From Yuukianura sp. NJ FZ-2021 (Eukaryota), in the NCBI GenBank assembly GCA_046563655.1, contig CM102283.1:6014001-6078000 (forward strand): 64,000 nt of DNA, in the 5' to 3' direction. Below, piece by piece: positions 30,230-41,930 of the stretch (within the stretch, counting starts at the first letter, position 1; each line of letters starts with the position of its first letter). The notes beneath the pieces were generated by a model. That model ran no database searches and was not told the origin of the DNA. It saw nothing but the letters and a program-made list of their open reading frames with translations. The translations under genes and the position numbers were made by a program.

Positions 30230-32110
30230 TTACCTTTGGGGTGTGTGATGATGGTCCGAAGTTTGAGGAACACTCTTTCGGCTTGCTGCAGCAGTTCCCA
30301 TCAGCATTTCTGCACCACCGCCTGAGTGGAAGTCAAGAAAAGTTGGTTTTTAGAAAAAGATTCTTTAGAAAGTAGTCGAGAAAAGACTGCATTTAAAAAA
30401 TACCAGAGTCTTTTGTTAATTGAAACTTTGTGGATAGAACTTACCTCCGTTGTATCGATCTTTCTGTCCCATCCTTCTCCTGGTGTGCCGAATGCTGCTG
30501 CTGGAAGGAGTTTCACCAGCGATCTCTGGAAGAAGATCCTCCACAGCACGTCCATATTGTCCATATTCTTTGTGAATCTGTGATGTGAATCAAAAAAAAA
30601 TTCTACGTCGCATCAACATCTTCTTGAAATGTAAAACGTTAATCAATAGCTTTCCCCTATTGTGTCCAGTATTGTGCGAAGTGCGAATCAAGCACTTTCA
30701 TTTTTTTTAAAAACCATGAAACACATTATATGTAAACCAGAGTTCTTCTTAGACCTGTTCAACCGTCCTACTTACGAATTGTAATTTACAATTTAGATTT
30801 TGCGTTCGACCACTTCTTAAGAGCAAAGCACCCAACCTAACCTTAAAACAATTCTTTAAAATGTTTTTTTTTCTTACATTATCGTTACGAAGTGGTCGAT
30901 GAGATTCCAAGGAGTTTGGATAGTTGAGTGAGTAGAGTTCGTTGAGTATAATCTGCGTCGACTGTGGATCTGGAGAAATGATACTGTAGTACTGGCAGAA
31001 CAATTTGTCCCGAAGTTCCGCGTCTGCTACATTGAGAAGCCAGTTATAGCTGTAGTCCAATAGCAAAGTGTTGCGTGCTTTCTCGAAGCTGCGTTTGTGT
31101 TTTGCAAACTTCCCTACCGTCAGCGTCCTATTGGCCACTTCTTCCTCAATGGCATCCTGTACAGCACTAATTTCAATTCGAAAGTCAGCGATACGCCGAA
31201 TGTTGTTGTCCTTTCCAGGTAAACTTTGAAGCGTTGTGAGTTCTACTTCGAGCTTGAGACGCCATGCCGCAACAGCACGCTCGATAGCTTCCCACCTTTG
31301 TTCTGTTTCGTTCCTCTTAGGGTCCTCAACCGTTCGTTCTGAAAATAAAATTTAAAGTTATTTTGCAACATTAGGCAAACTTGGTGTCCAAAATCAGCAA
31401 TTTTACAGTACCAATTAAGTAGTTTGGATATTCGAGTGCGTAGAGGTGATATAGCAATGCCTGCGTCGACTCTGGATCTGGAACAATGATGCTGTAATAG
31501 TGGAAGTACAGTTTGTCCCGGAGTTCTGCGTTTGCGCAATTGTCCAACCAGTAACCTATGCTGGCTTGCAAATGGTTACGGTGGGCCTCGTAGGCGAATT
31601 TGTAAATTGCAAACTTCCAAATCGTCAGTGTTCTGTTGACAACTTCCTTCCCAACTTTCGTGATGTATCCACTTAATTCACGAATTGAGAGGTATATGTG
31701 AGAATGTGAAATTTCAATTTGGTTTGGAGTAAGGTTAAGGTGACGAGCACTGAAGTCCTCTCCAAGAAAAATTTTAAACGTTCTGAGTTCCGTTCTCAGC
31801 TTGAGACGCCATGCCGTTACAGCACGCCCCATAGCGTTCCATGTTTCTGCCTTTTCAAGGTTCGTAGCGTCCTCGACCCTTATTCCTGAAAAGAAAATTC
31901 AAAATTATATTTTCAAAAAAATTAAAATGTGAACGCAGACCAAACGTCAGACAGATGGACTGAATGACAAGGAAAGTTTTTTTGAGGTAACTAGTAGTAG
32001 TTTTCCAATTCTCGCAGTGAATTTGGTCTTTTACATAGATTTACTCTACCTTTAGCGCATGCGAAAGAAAGAAAACTAAGTGTGATGAAAATGTTGAGTT
32101 TAGTATACAT
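30230..32110 (-). CDS. Unrecognised secreted two-repeat protein, copy 2 (~406 aa if spliced to captured exons); exons 32110-32050, 31885-31412, 31338-30878, then putatively 30577-30445, 30321-30230
   Basis: Signal peptide MYTKLNIFITLSFLSFACAK and the same two-domain exon structure as copy 1. The 3' end is uncertain; unspliced read-through stops at 30749. Confidence 0.7.
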
Positions 32111-33035
32111 GATTCTGTAATACACTTGTTTTTTTTTTTTTTTTGAACTTCTCGACAGTTTGTTGTGGAGAACAAAACGGAAATGATTTTTGGAAACAAT
32201 TTCCATTCGATCTTATAACACTTTTCAACCCCAAATTTTGAAGGAGCGAATTTATTTTTATGCAGGGTCAAAAGGTCAAACTTCAAACGCGGAAATAGGT
32301 TTAAAATAATTCCTTTACAATTAAAACAAATTAAAAGAGTCGAAAGACAAAGGCTTTTAAAAAAAACCTTGTTTTAAAACAAAATTTTAAGTCCTCTTAC
32401 CCGACATAAATCCTTCGTCGCACTGAAAGCGTGAATATAAAAAGAAAAACTAACACGAATTTCAAAGAATTCAAAAACTCTTTCAACTTCCTCGAAAAGT
32501 TATTCTTTGTTCCTCAAAATAATTTTAGACCATTTTTGAAAACCCCCTTTGTCAGACTTGTAGTATTAAAAAACGTTTCTTCGAAAACTCTCATAAGTTT
32601 GAAATTTTATTTGAATTGTTGTGCAAATTTTGAACACGCAAAAAGTAAATAAGAAAACGATTTGCAAGGAATAGAAGGATTCCTCCCACACTTTTGGGAA
32701 TTGAACAAATGTAAAAATTTATATAAGTGACTAATAAATGAAATAATTTATTCTTTTAGTTGGTTAAAGCCAAATTGTAAGTCGAACGGATACATCTAAA
32801 GAACATTGTCTCAATTCTCAGTCACATGACAGTTGACCTGATCGAGAAGTTGGTCGTTTACCCGGGAATCGCATAAGCGACGCTGATTCAGCGTTGTATC
32901 TAAGTTTGTATTAAAGGTTTATTATTCGAAAATGGTTTGTATTGATCCAGACGTAACACGAGGTGTTGGCAGTATAAATACCGCTTCAGCCATTAGTCTT
33001 TCAAAGTAAAACTTAACTTAACAATCTTGAGGAAC

Positions 33036-33650
33036 TTATTGGTCGTCTTTGTAGAACCTGCGCATGACGGCCTTGTAAAGGTTAGTAAAAGCGTAGACGC
33101 TGATGCTTAGAATCATGACGAGCACAATGGCGAAGACAGTTGACATCAGAGATCCGTCAACAGTTCCTTTACTGCAGCCTCCTCGCTCTCCCTCGAAGTC
33201 ATCCACGAGATTCCGAAGTGTCTCCAGCTCTTCGTACACACTTGATAAAACAATTTTCAAAAGTTTTTGAAAAGTGAAAACTGAAATTGAAATTTCACAT
33301 TACTTGTTTTACCTTTGGGGTGAGTGGTGATGTTCCGAAGTCTGAGGAACTCTCTTTCGGCTTGCTCCTGCAGTACCCATCAGCATTTCGGCACCACCGC
33401 CTGAGTGGAAGTCAGGAAAAGTTGGTTTTTCGAAAAAGATTCTTAAAAAAGTAATTGAGAAAAGACTCGATTTGAAAAATACCGGAGTTCTGTGATAATT
33501 TTGTTAAGTGAAATTTTGTGGATAGAACTTACTTCCGTTGTATCGATCTTCCAGTCCCATCCTCCTCCTGGTGTGCCGAATGCTGCTGCTGGATGGAGTT
33601 TCACCAGAAATCTCTGGAAGAAGATCCTCCAGAGCAAATCCCTTCCTCAT
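33036..33650 (-). CDS. Small tail-anchored membrane protein, ~136 aa; exons 33650-33533, 33400-33313, 33240-33036
   Basis: Phase-consistent splicing gives MRKGFALEDLLPEISGE...YNG/SGGAEMLMG...SPQ/SVYEELETLRNLVDDF...VFAIVLVMILSISVYAFTNLYKAVMRRFYKDDQ; single C-terminal hydrophobic helix and short tail; minus-strand AATAAA ~32918. Confidence 0.7.
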
Positions 33651-35116
33651 GATCCACGTCTGCGCATTTGAAGAAAAGTCTGAGTCACATCAGCATCTTT
33701 TCCAATGTTAACAACTTCGTCAAAAAAAAAAGCTTTCCCGATATTGTGCGAATTTCGCTTTTCAAAAAGCATTGAATAGATTGCAACAATAATGCTTTGC
33801 ATTCTTCCTTAATCGCATCAAAAAAGTTTTTGCGTGGAAAACGGTTAGAAATAACTTGAAACGTCGTAAAAAGTGGAAAGGGAGAAAAAATTGTTCTAAA
33901 AATTTGGCAAAAACGCGGGTCCAAAAAGTTTGAGTTTAGTTCCATATCCAGATAAACACAAATTCTTCAACAATCTAAGAACTAAACGAAATCTTCTATC
34001 TTTAGTCTTTAAGTTTTATCTAAGACCGCACTCTTCTGAAGTTACCAATCACTTGAATATGCTCCATACAAATTTGGAAAACCTTTTTTTTTATTCCAGG
34101 AAAGAAATGGCTATGTGAAATATTTCAGATAAATATTGCAGAAGTGTAATTTATAGTGTTTCCGTAGCACAATTCAGTTACCTTATTCTACGACGTATAT
34201 CACGTACGATATGATAGGTTGTTTTTTCGGTACAAAATGAAATACAAAAAGAAAATTCACACTTTTGTAAACTCAAAAGTAAACGTTTTGGAAGCAGGTT
34301 GGCGCAGCTTGGTTTCCATTTTTGAAACAAAAAATGGTCTGAAGTAGGACTACCTTTTTTGTACTTTCAATTTTTTTGTTATGAAAGCTTGGAATTTATA
34401 AACTCGTGGAGGTATTTACATAGTAGTGTAATGGAATGGATCTGCATCTGATTAACACCTGAAATTTTAAATATCGAATCAAATTACGCCGCTACAACGT
34501 GGTCAACTTAAGTGGTTAGTTGAAGTGCTATCCTTAACGTTGGAAGTGGACCGCCCGTGCCCATCATGCTATCAGTATTTAATCCTTGCGGAAGTTACCC
34601 GGAGAAACAACAAATGAGGTCATATCGTCTAGTCAATTAAAATTAGCGGTCCTAAATTAGCGGTTAAAGTTTGGTTACCAATCACTGTCCAGTGTCCAAC
34701 CACACTTTTCATAAACGAGGTACTGCTAGATAAATTACAATAAGGACATATTACCTGCTGGAAAAAATGTTCAAGGGGATCTGGTGGGTATAAATATAAG
34801 TTTCTAAAAGTTGACAAAATAATATTTGGAAATACTGCCAGAATAAAACCAGAAGCGTCTCCTATCACAATAATCCCCGAATCAAAAACCAGGTAACGTT
34901 TCAAGGACACACGAAAAAAAACTCTGCATACAATTCAATTTTAGTTTGATTTATCTATAAAATATAGTATAGCATAATGTAGTATAGCATATTTATAGTA
35001 ACTAATAATACATTCGTAACGAAAAAACTTCAAACCATTTTGGTATCAGTATGTTTCTCAAGTTAGAATATATGAAGGTTGAATACTGAAATATAAATTG
35101 AATCTATTTGAGAACC

Positions 35117-35760
35117 ATGGTCAGCCGAACACTGCTGGTTGGAGCTTTGATGGTATGCACCGTCGTCCAATTCGGACATGCTCTGCCCAATGGTGCACCT
35201 TCCAAGGCTTGCGGGGATATGACGCCACAGCATGGCGTGGCAGCACAGACGACCCCATCTCCATTCACCATTCAAGTGTCCAGCGATCATGTTAGTCCTG
35301 GACAAACTATCAAAGTGACCTTGGGAATTGCCCCAGGTACAGGAGTGCCCCACTTCAAGGGACTCTTGGTCAGAGGTAGCAGGACGGTCAGGGACCCTGA
35401 GGCTTCCGGTGACGTGGAACTGATGCTTGGAGGTACCAACAACATAAGGTCACTCGAATGTGAAGGGGGATTGGCCGTGACGCATTCAGACCCCAGTGCC
35501 AAGACGGCCGTGACCTTTGAGTGGCGAGCACCAAATGAACCGGGAGACTACGTTATCTTGTAAGCATCAGTTAAAAAAGTGTAACTTTTATTGTTACGTT
35601 GCTGTTTAACTAATTGATTGGTAATTGTTTCTCTAGGGCAACAGTTGCACAAGAGTGGAACATCTTTTGGGTAAAACAGCCGTCTCAAACAATTACAGTT
35701 GCGTGTGGAGTTCCTCATCGACGGGGCCACCATCGAAGTTTGTCGAAAAGAACCTGCTAG
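35117..35760 (+). CDS. Secreted stand-alone Reeler-domain protein (putative defense protein/Hdd11-like), copy 1; exons 35117-35559, 35637-35760
   Basis: Signal peptide, PNGAPSKACGDMTPQHG, FKGLLVRG, VTHSDPSAKTAVTFEWRAP, ATVAQ...FWV Reeler motifs. Confidence 0.9.
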
Positions 35761-37386
35761 TGAGGATGCTGATTTTGAAAAAGTTTAATAAAAGAACACG
35801 CATGCAAAATAAAGTTAAACTTCTTAAGAAACACCCTCCAAAAACAACTTATGACTAATTCGTAGCCTTATTTTACCTTATGGAGAACTATCCAAGGTTC
35901 GCGTTTACTCTGAAGTCGAACGGATACATCTACTAATGTACAATGCATCAAACCTCAGTCACATGACATTTGGCCTGTCCAATAGGTTCGTCATTGACCC
36001 ATTTTTGCGCTTCCAAAAAAAATTCTGAGTCACATCAGCATCTTCTTGAAAGTTTATCAAAAGCTTTCCCAAAATTGAACGAATCAAGCACTTTCATTTT
36101 TTCGAAGAGATCAAAGATTTACATGGGTTTATATAGGGACAAAAATCGCCTTCCCTTCATTTTCGAAAAGTGAAAAAATTGCAAAGTCGGAAAACATGCA
36201 AAGCGGATTCCCACCAAATTTTTTTGGAGGACACGGATTGGAAATGACTTGAAACGTAATAAAAAGCGACAAGAGAAAAAAAATTGTGGCTTTCATTGGT
36301 TTGTTCATGTCAAATTTCAAAATCGAAGCATTTCATGTTGACATATGTACTACATAAATTTTCCAACAATCCAATCGTAGAAATTCATTTCCCAAGACAA
36401 AAGTTGTTTTTCTGGTACAAAATGAAATATACTAAAAACTCAAATTTTTGTAAACTCAAAAGTAGAAGTTTTGGAATCAGTTTGATGCAACTTTTCTATT
36501 TTTGAAAAAATGGCCTAAGCTATGATGCAACATCTCTTTTTTGTAATTTTGAATTTTCCTGTTCTGAAAACTTAAATTTATAAATTAGTGGAGGAAGTAG
36601 TTAAGTTGTCCAGTGGAGTGATCTGTATCTGATTAAAACCTGAAACTGTGACGGTCGAAGGTAATTACGCCGTGATAACGACATGTTTAAGGTGATTAGT
36701 TGAAGTGGTATCCATTGTGCTGGAAGTGTCCTCATGCTGTCAATATTTAATCCTTGTAAAAGTCACCCGGTGAAATAACAAATGAAATCATGTTGTCTAG
36801 TCAGTTAAAATTAGCGTTTCGCAAGAAACTAGTGCAGCATACATAGATAATCCTCGTAGAACGTATATTAAAGGGCTTAAAAACAATAACTAGGTTATAA
36901 GTGTTGTTAGAATGGTCACACGTGGTGGGCTTGACAATTCCGGGAAAAGATTGCTAATCAATCACTGTGCAACAACACTTTACATAAACGAAGTATTGTT
37001 GGATATATTTCGATTAGGACATGCTACCTGGAAAAAAATGTTCAAGTGGATCTCGTGAGTTTATATAAATATAACTTTCGAAAAGCTGAAAAAAGAACAA
37101 TTGCAATTACTGAAAAAAAAACCAGAAGCATCCTGTCAAAATAATTTGCCGAACCAAAAACCGCAGGTACGTTTCAAACCACTCGTAACAAAACACTGCG
37201 CTTGAATTTCAAGTTTACTTTGATTTATTTAATAGTTACTAAATATGTTCAAAACTAAAAAACTTCAAAACAATCTTTTTTTTAATTCCTGCGTGATTCG
37301 CACTGTTTCCATTTCGGTATCGATACGTTGTTCAATCTAGTATGAAACCTAAAAACTGAAGTTTGAATTGAATCTTTTCTAGAACC

Positions 37387-37971
37387 ATGGTCAGTCGAAC
37401 ACTGATTGTTGGAACTTTGATGGTATGCGCCGTCATCCAATTCGGACATGCGCTGCCGACTGGTGCACCTCCAAAAGCTTGTGGGGATATGACGCCACAA
37501 CATGGCCTTCCCCCACAGACTACTCCATGTCCCTACACCATTGAAGTCTCCAGCGCACAGGTTAGTCCTGGACAAGCCATCAACGTAACCTTGGGGATTG
37601 CCGCAGGCACAGGAGTCTCTTACTTCAGGGGTCTCTTGGTCAGAGGCAGCAGGACGGTGAGCGACACTGTCGCTTCCGGCGACATTGAACTGCTGCTGGG
37701 AAGTACAAATATTCAGTCGGTCCAATGTGAAGGGGGAATGGCCGTGACACATACAGACACCAGCGAAAAAACCTCAGTGACCATTGAATGGCGAGCACCA
37801 AATGAACCCGGAGACTACGTTATCTTGTAAGCATAAAGTTAAAAAGTGTAACTAAATTTTTAATTGACTGCTAATTAACTTATTGATTGATGTTTTTCTA
37901 GGGGCACATTTGCACAAGAGTTTAACCTCTTCTGGGTGAAACAGTCGTCTCAAACTGTTACAGTTGCGTAG
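37387..37971 (+). CDS. Secreted stand-alone Reeler-domain protein, copy 2; exons 37387-37826, 37902-37971
   Basis: Close paralog of copy 1 with the same intron; ~1 kb of upstream DNA is also duplicated (~34215-35110 vs ~36400-37380). Confidence 0.9.
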
Positions 37972-38864
37972 AGTTCCCGGTCGGTTTCAAAAAGTTTGTC
38001 GAAATGAACTCATAGCAAAGTTGATTTTGAAAAAAATTAATAAAATAAAATATACAGAAAATACACGCTTTTGCAAATTCGTTAATATGAAACATAGGTT
38101 AATTGTGTTTATGTTTGTCACAGTTTACGTGAAGCCCCGAAACGTCATGCATGAAGCAGAGTGTCGAATCTGTGACACAAAATGACATTTATGAACTTTA
38201 GAATAAAACTAGTCCAGGTTCTGCGGAATTTGCATTTAATTGATCTTTTAGTCATTTGTGTAGTTTTTCAAAACTTTTGAAGTTGTCACTTATTTTGGTA
38301 TTCTGTGCTTTCAGACAAGCTTCTCAAATTCGCAAAACCATTTTCACATCACATTATGGAAAATCAATATTGAATGAAAACTTGAAGTTGAAAAGGAAAG
38401 TTTTGCCTAAAGAATTGTCGTAGTAAGTGTGTTTTGTTCTTTTCGCAAAGAAAACGCCTCTTTAGTTCACTTGAGGTTAAATCAATATGAGAATTTCCGT
38501 CTTTGAAGGAAAGTGGAGCAGTAAGTGCACATTACAAGCTTTTGTCCAGGAAATTTCCCTTCCTGAACCAAAAACACGACAATCAATTAAATTTGACTTT
38601 TTGTTTTCTACATTATTCATAATCTCCAGACCCATTATAATCCTAAAGTTAGCAATAATTAAAGAATAAATTACACAATTCTAATTAAAAGCAGAAAAAT
38701 TCAGTTTTATCTAGAAATGTGTTTAACTTTTAAAAATAACTTTTCGTTTTGCATTATTCACAATCGTCAAAGCTAGCGACATCTATAACGTAATCTAAAA
38801 ATTAATTAGTCAATTTCAGTTTAATCAAGAGTTTTTAAGCTCCATCGAGCCGATAAATTATTAA

Positions 38865-39118
38865 AATAACAAAGCTATTTTATAGTTTTATTAATGCATG
38901 TCTGTGTGTCTGTCTGTTCGTCTGCCTGTTCGATTATATCAGAAACTACTCGACCGATTTCATTTTACCTAAAACTTTCGAATTTTCTGCTTTTACCGAA
39001 CATGCAACAAACTTAGAAAAATAATTCAATCATACTTTTTTTTAAATTCTCCTTTAACTGGTCACAATTTGATATTCTTCAACATTTTCTTCCAAATACG
39101 ATGCACCTAGTAGTAGTT
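38865..39118. mobile_element. Possible Helitron/Helentron (DINE-1-like) remnant
   Basis: GTCTGTGTGTCTGTCTGTTCGTCTG microsatellite followed by ATATCAGAAACTACTCGACCGATTT, and a CTAGT-like end near 39110. Confidence 0.35.
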
Positions 39119-41930
39119 TAGGATTTGGCATTCTGTGCCAATTTTTTTTCGTTATCACGGATAAATGTACGTAGGAGTGTCAGTGTCGGCTCAAATTCAT
39201 AGCAATAAGGAGACACTTAAGTGGATGACAACGATTCGATAAAGATGATTTTGTATCTTTAAATGTCAACAACTCCACACCTTATTCGCATACTTTCTAT
39301 TCTTTTTAAGAGTGACTACGTGACTGTACAATCAAGCCGAAAAGATGACTAAAAGCAGAAGATGACCAAATAGAAAAGGCTCACATCATGGACTATCACA
39401 AGACACACATTTTTATCAATAGTAGAAAGTTCAAGTGCAAATCGTCATTCAACTTAAGGTAAAGCCGAATTAAACATATATTGATAGTGTTATTATTTAA
39501 AATATTTCTGCTTTATATTCCTAGATTTATATTTATAGTTTACATTGAAATACTGTTAATTACATCGTGGATGACTTTGAAGTATGTCGCTTGATCAGAG
39601 ATTAACTTCATTTTGTTACTGATTGTAAATTAGTAATCCCGATTACTTGGTAAACTAAATGAAGTCAACTTAATTGTGGGTTAAAATTAGAGGATGATTC
39701 TCTGATACGATTAATGTTAAGCTCTGCTGCCTGAAACTAAAAAGTAAAACAATAGGCGATGGTGTTACGCAATAGTACTTGTGTAGTTACACTTTTTGAC
39801 ATTTTTTGAAGCAAATTCTGTCACTCTTTTGGTATGCATTTGAAGTGTATCATAGCATGTACCGATGTTCTTCCCGAAAAAACAATACTACAGTCACGTT
39901 TTCAAAACTTGACTAAAAGTTCAAGGGTTGTCGACTTTGTAAGTTGTAGCATGAGTCCGAGAACATCGCAACATTCGGTGTTTTGGTTGTTCGTAAAAAG
40001 ATAAAAATTTTGATCGCAACTTTTAACTTAACAAAAATGATGTCATTTTATGTGAATTTTTTCGAAAGAGTGTTAGTCAGGTTAAATCAAAGTTTTTAAA
40101 AGTAAAACTTTCCTTTGGTTGAATTTGTTTTGTTCCTGGAAGATGTTGTGACGCCAATGAATTTTTAAGATTTACAAGGAAAACTTATGAACGGACATGA
40201 AAAACGCGGGGGGACACACTTAAAAAGGAAAACATTAACATTTCAAAGAAAATTGAAGGCGATGTTGTGGTAGGTGTATTCGATGAGTAACATTTTCACA
40301 AGAAATGTTCAATTTAAGCGTCATCTCACCATCTTCAGAAAGAAATACCTAACTGAAGAAGTTTAAGACGCAGTTTGGAAAACGAATTCCTGCAAAAACT
40401 TGAAGTTAGTACGCTACTCCTAAAACTAAAACTTTTCGCCAAAAATCAAGTTACAGACAATTACATGATGAGACATCTCATGCAAAAATCAAGGTCTCCT
40501 CCTTCCTCTTCTTTTTCACATAAAAAGCTAAACAATGCTAATTAAATTTGCAATTTTCCCAATTATAAAATTTTACAGAAGCTTTATACCCACACGAAGT
40601 TGCTCCAATGACGATGCAATTTTGCCAATAGTCCAGTTGCAAAAAAAACTTTTCGTTTTTTTTTTTGCAAACTCGCATTTCATTTTCAGCTTCTTCTGTC
40701 TTTCTTGCTTTATGTTCAATAAACATTTTAAGGCATACATAAAAAATTAAAAAAGGGGATGAACTGTGTGTGGCGCTTCAAAATTTCAGGAATATTACGT
40801 GCTAAATATGTAATATACATTATGTCATGTACATTACAACCATGTGTATTCTTCACGGTTTATGACTTTAGTACTTTTTTGTTAGTATGGAAATGCATAT
40901 GCAAAGGAAACAATGTAATTTAGTTCATGGTTTGAAGAAACTCTAGGTATTCATTACGGCATTATCATTCCTAAATTAACAAACGAACTGTACAGGAGCT
41001 ATCTGAACTTCTTGGTTTTCCACAAAGAAATTAACTTCAAAGTTGAAGTTAACCAAAATCAAATTAAGCTAGCCGAAGCTGCATAGACATTTGCTTCTGG
41101 TTTTTCTCTATATGTAACGTGTGGTACACTTCAAAATTGTGAAATTGGCAAACATAACTTATTGGCTTAGCACTACTACCAAAGTAGTAGTGGTTTTTGT
41201 GTAGGAAAAGCTGAAGTATTAGTACAAGGTGCAAAATTATTTCAGCCACCCACTAAAGATTACGCCACCATACTATAAGACCCACTTTGCACTTAATTCA
41301 CTCTCTCACGGCGTTCGATTCTGAACGGACGGTTTTAGCACAGGCCTTAAAATATTCAGCGAGTCACAGCTCCAAGTATTTGCTGACATTTGCGAGGTCT
41401 ATTGTTGTGCAAATTGAAAAAGTTCAAAAAATATTGCAATTTGAGTGCAAATTTAGTTCAGAGAAAACCAACCGAGACTTTTGCTGCAAATTCCATCTGG
41501 TAAGCTTGTAAATTCTGATTTGTGACTCAGGTCACAGACTGTTCAAGGGGTACGCCAAGGACATTCCTTGACTTTAGAATGCATACTGCTAGTTTTTCAC
41601 ACAAAAAGCACTTAGATGTAGAATACGAATTGTTTCTTTGGAGTTGACAACGGGCGGTGACCTTGTAATTTCCTCAGCCCCTATGATGTGGTTGGTGAGG
41701 TGTAAAAAGGAAACCCAAAGAAATGGCTTCAAGGCATCTACGTCCAATTCTTGTTTTACAAAGGAAATTTACTTTGTAGTTTTATGTTGAAGGAAAAAAT
41801 TGTAAGCTTTTGATTTCTTTCTGTAGGAAAACTTCAGAAGAAAAACTACTTTTTGGCATCAGCATCATTTCTTCGGACCATTAAACTCAACTTCAAAGTC
41901 AATTTGCAATTGATTTCCGCAAGACCAACA

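Noticed and set aside
33313..33400. TGC-TGA-TGG on the minus strand suggesting a Cys-Sec selenoprotein motif
   Set aside because: Splice phases put this exon in another frame (GAEMLMG) with no stop; no SECIS identified.
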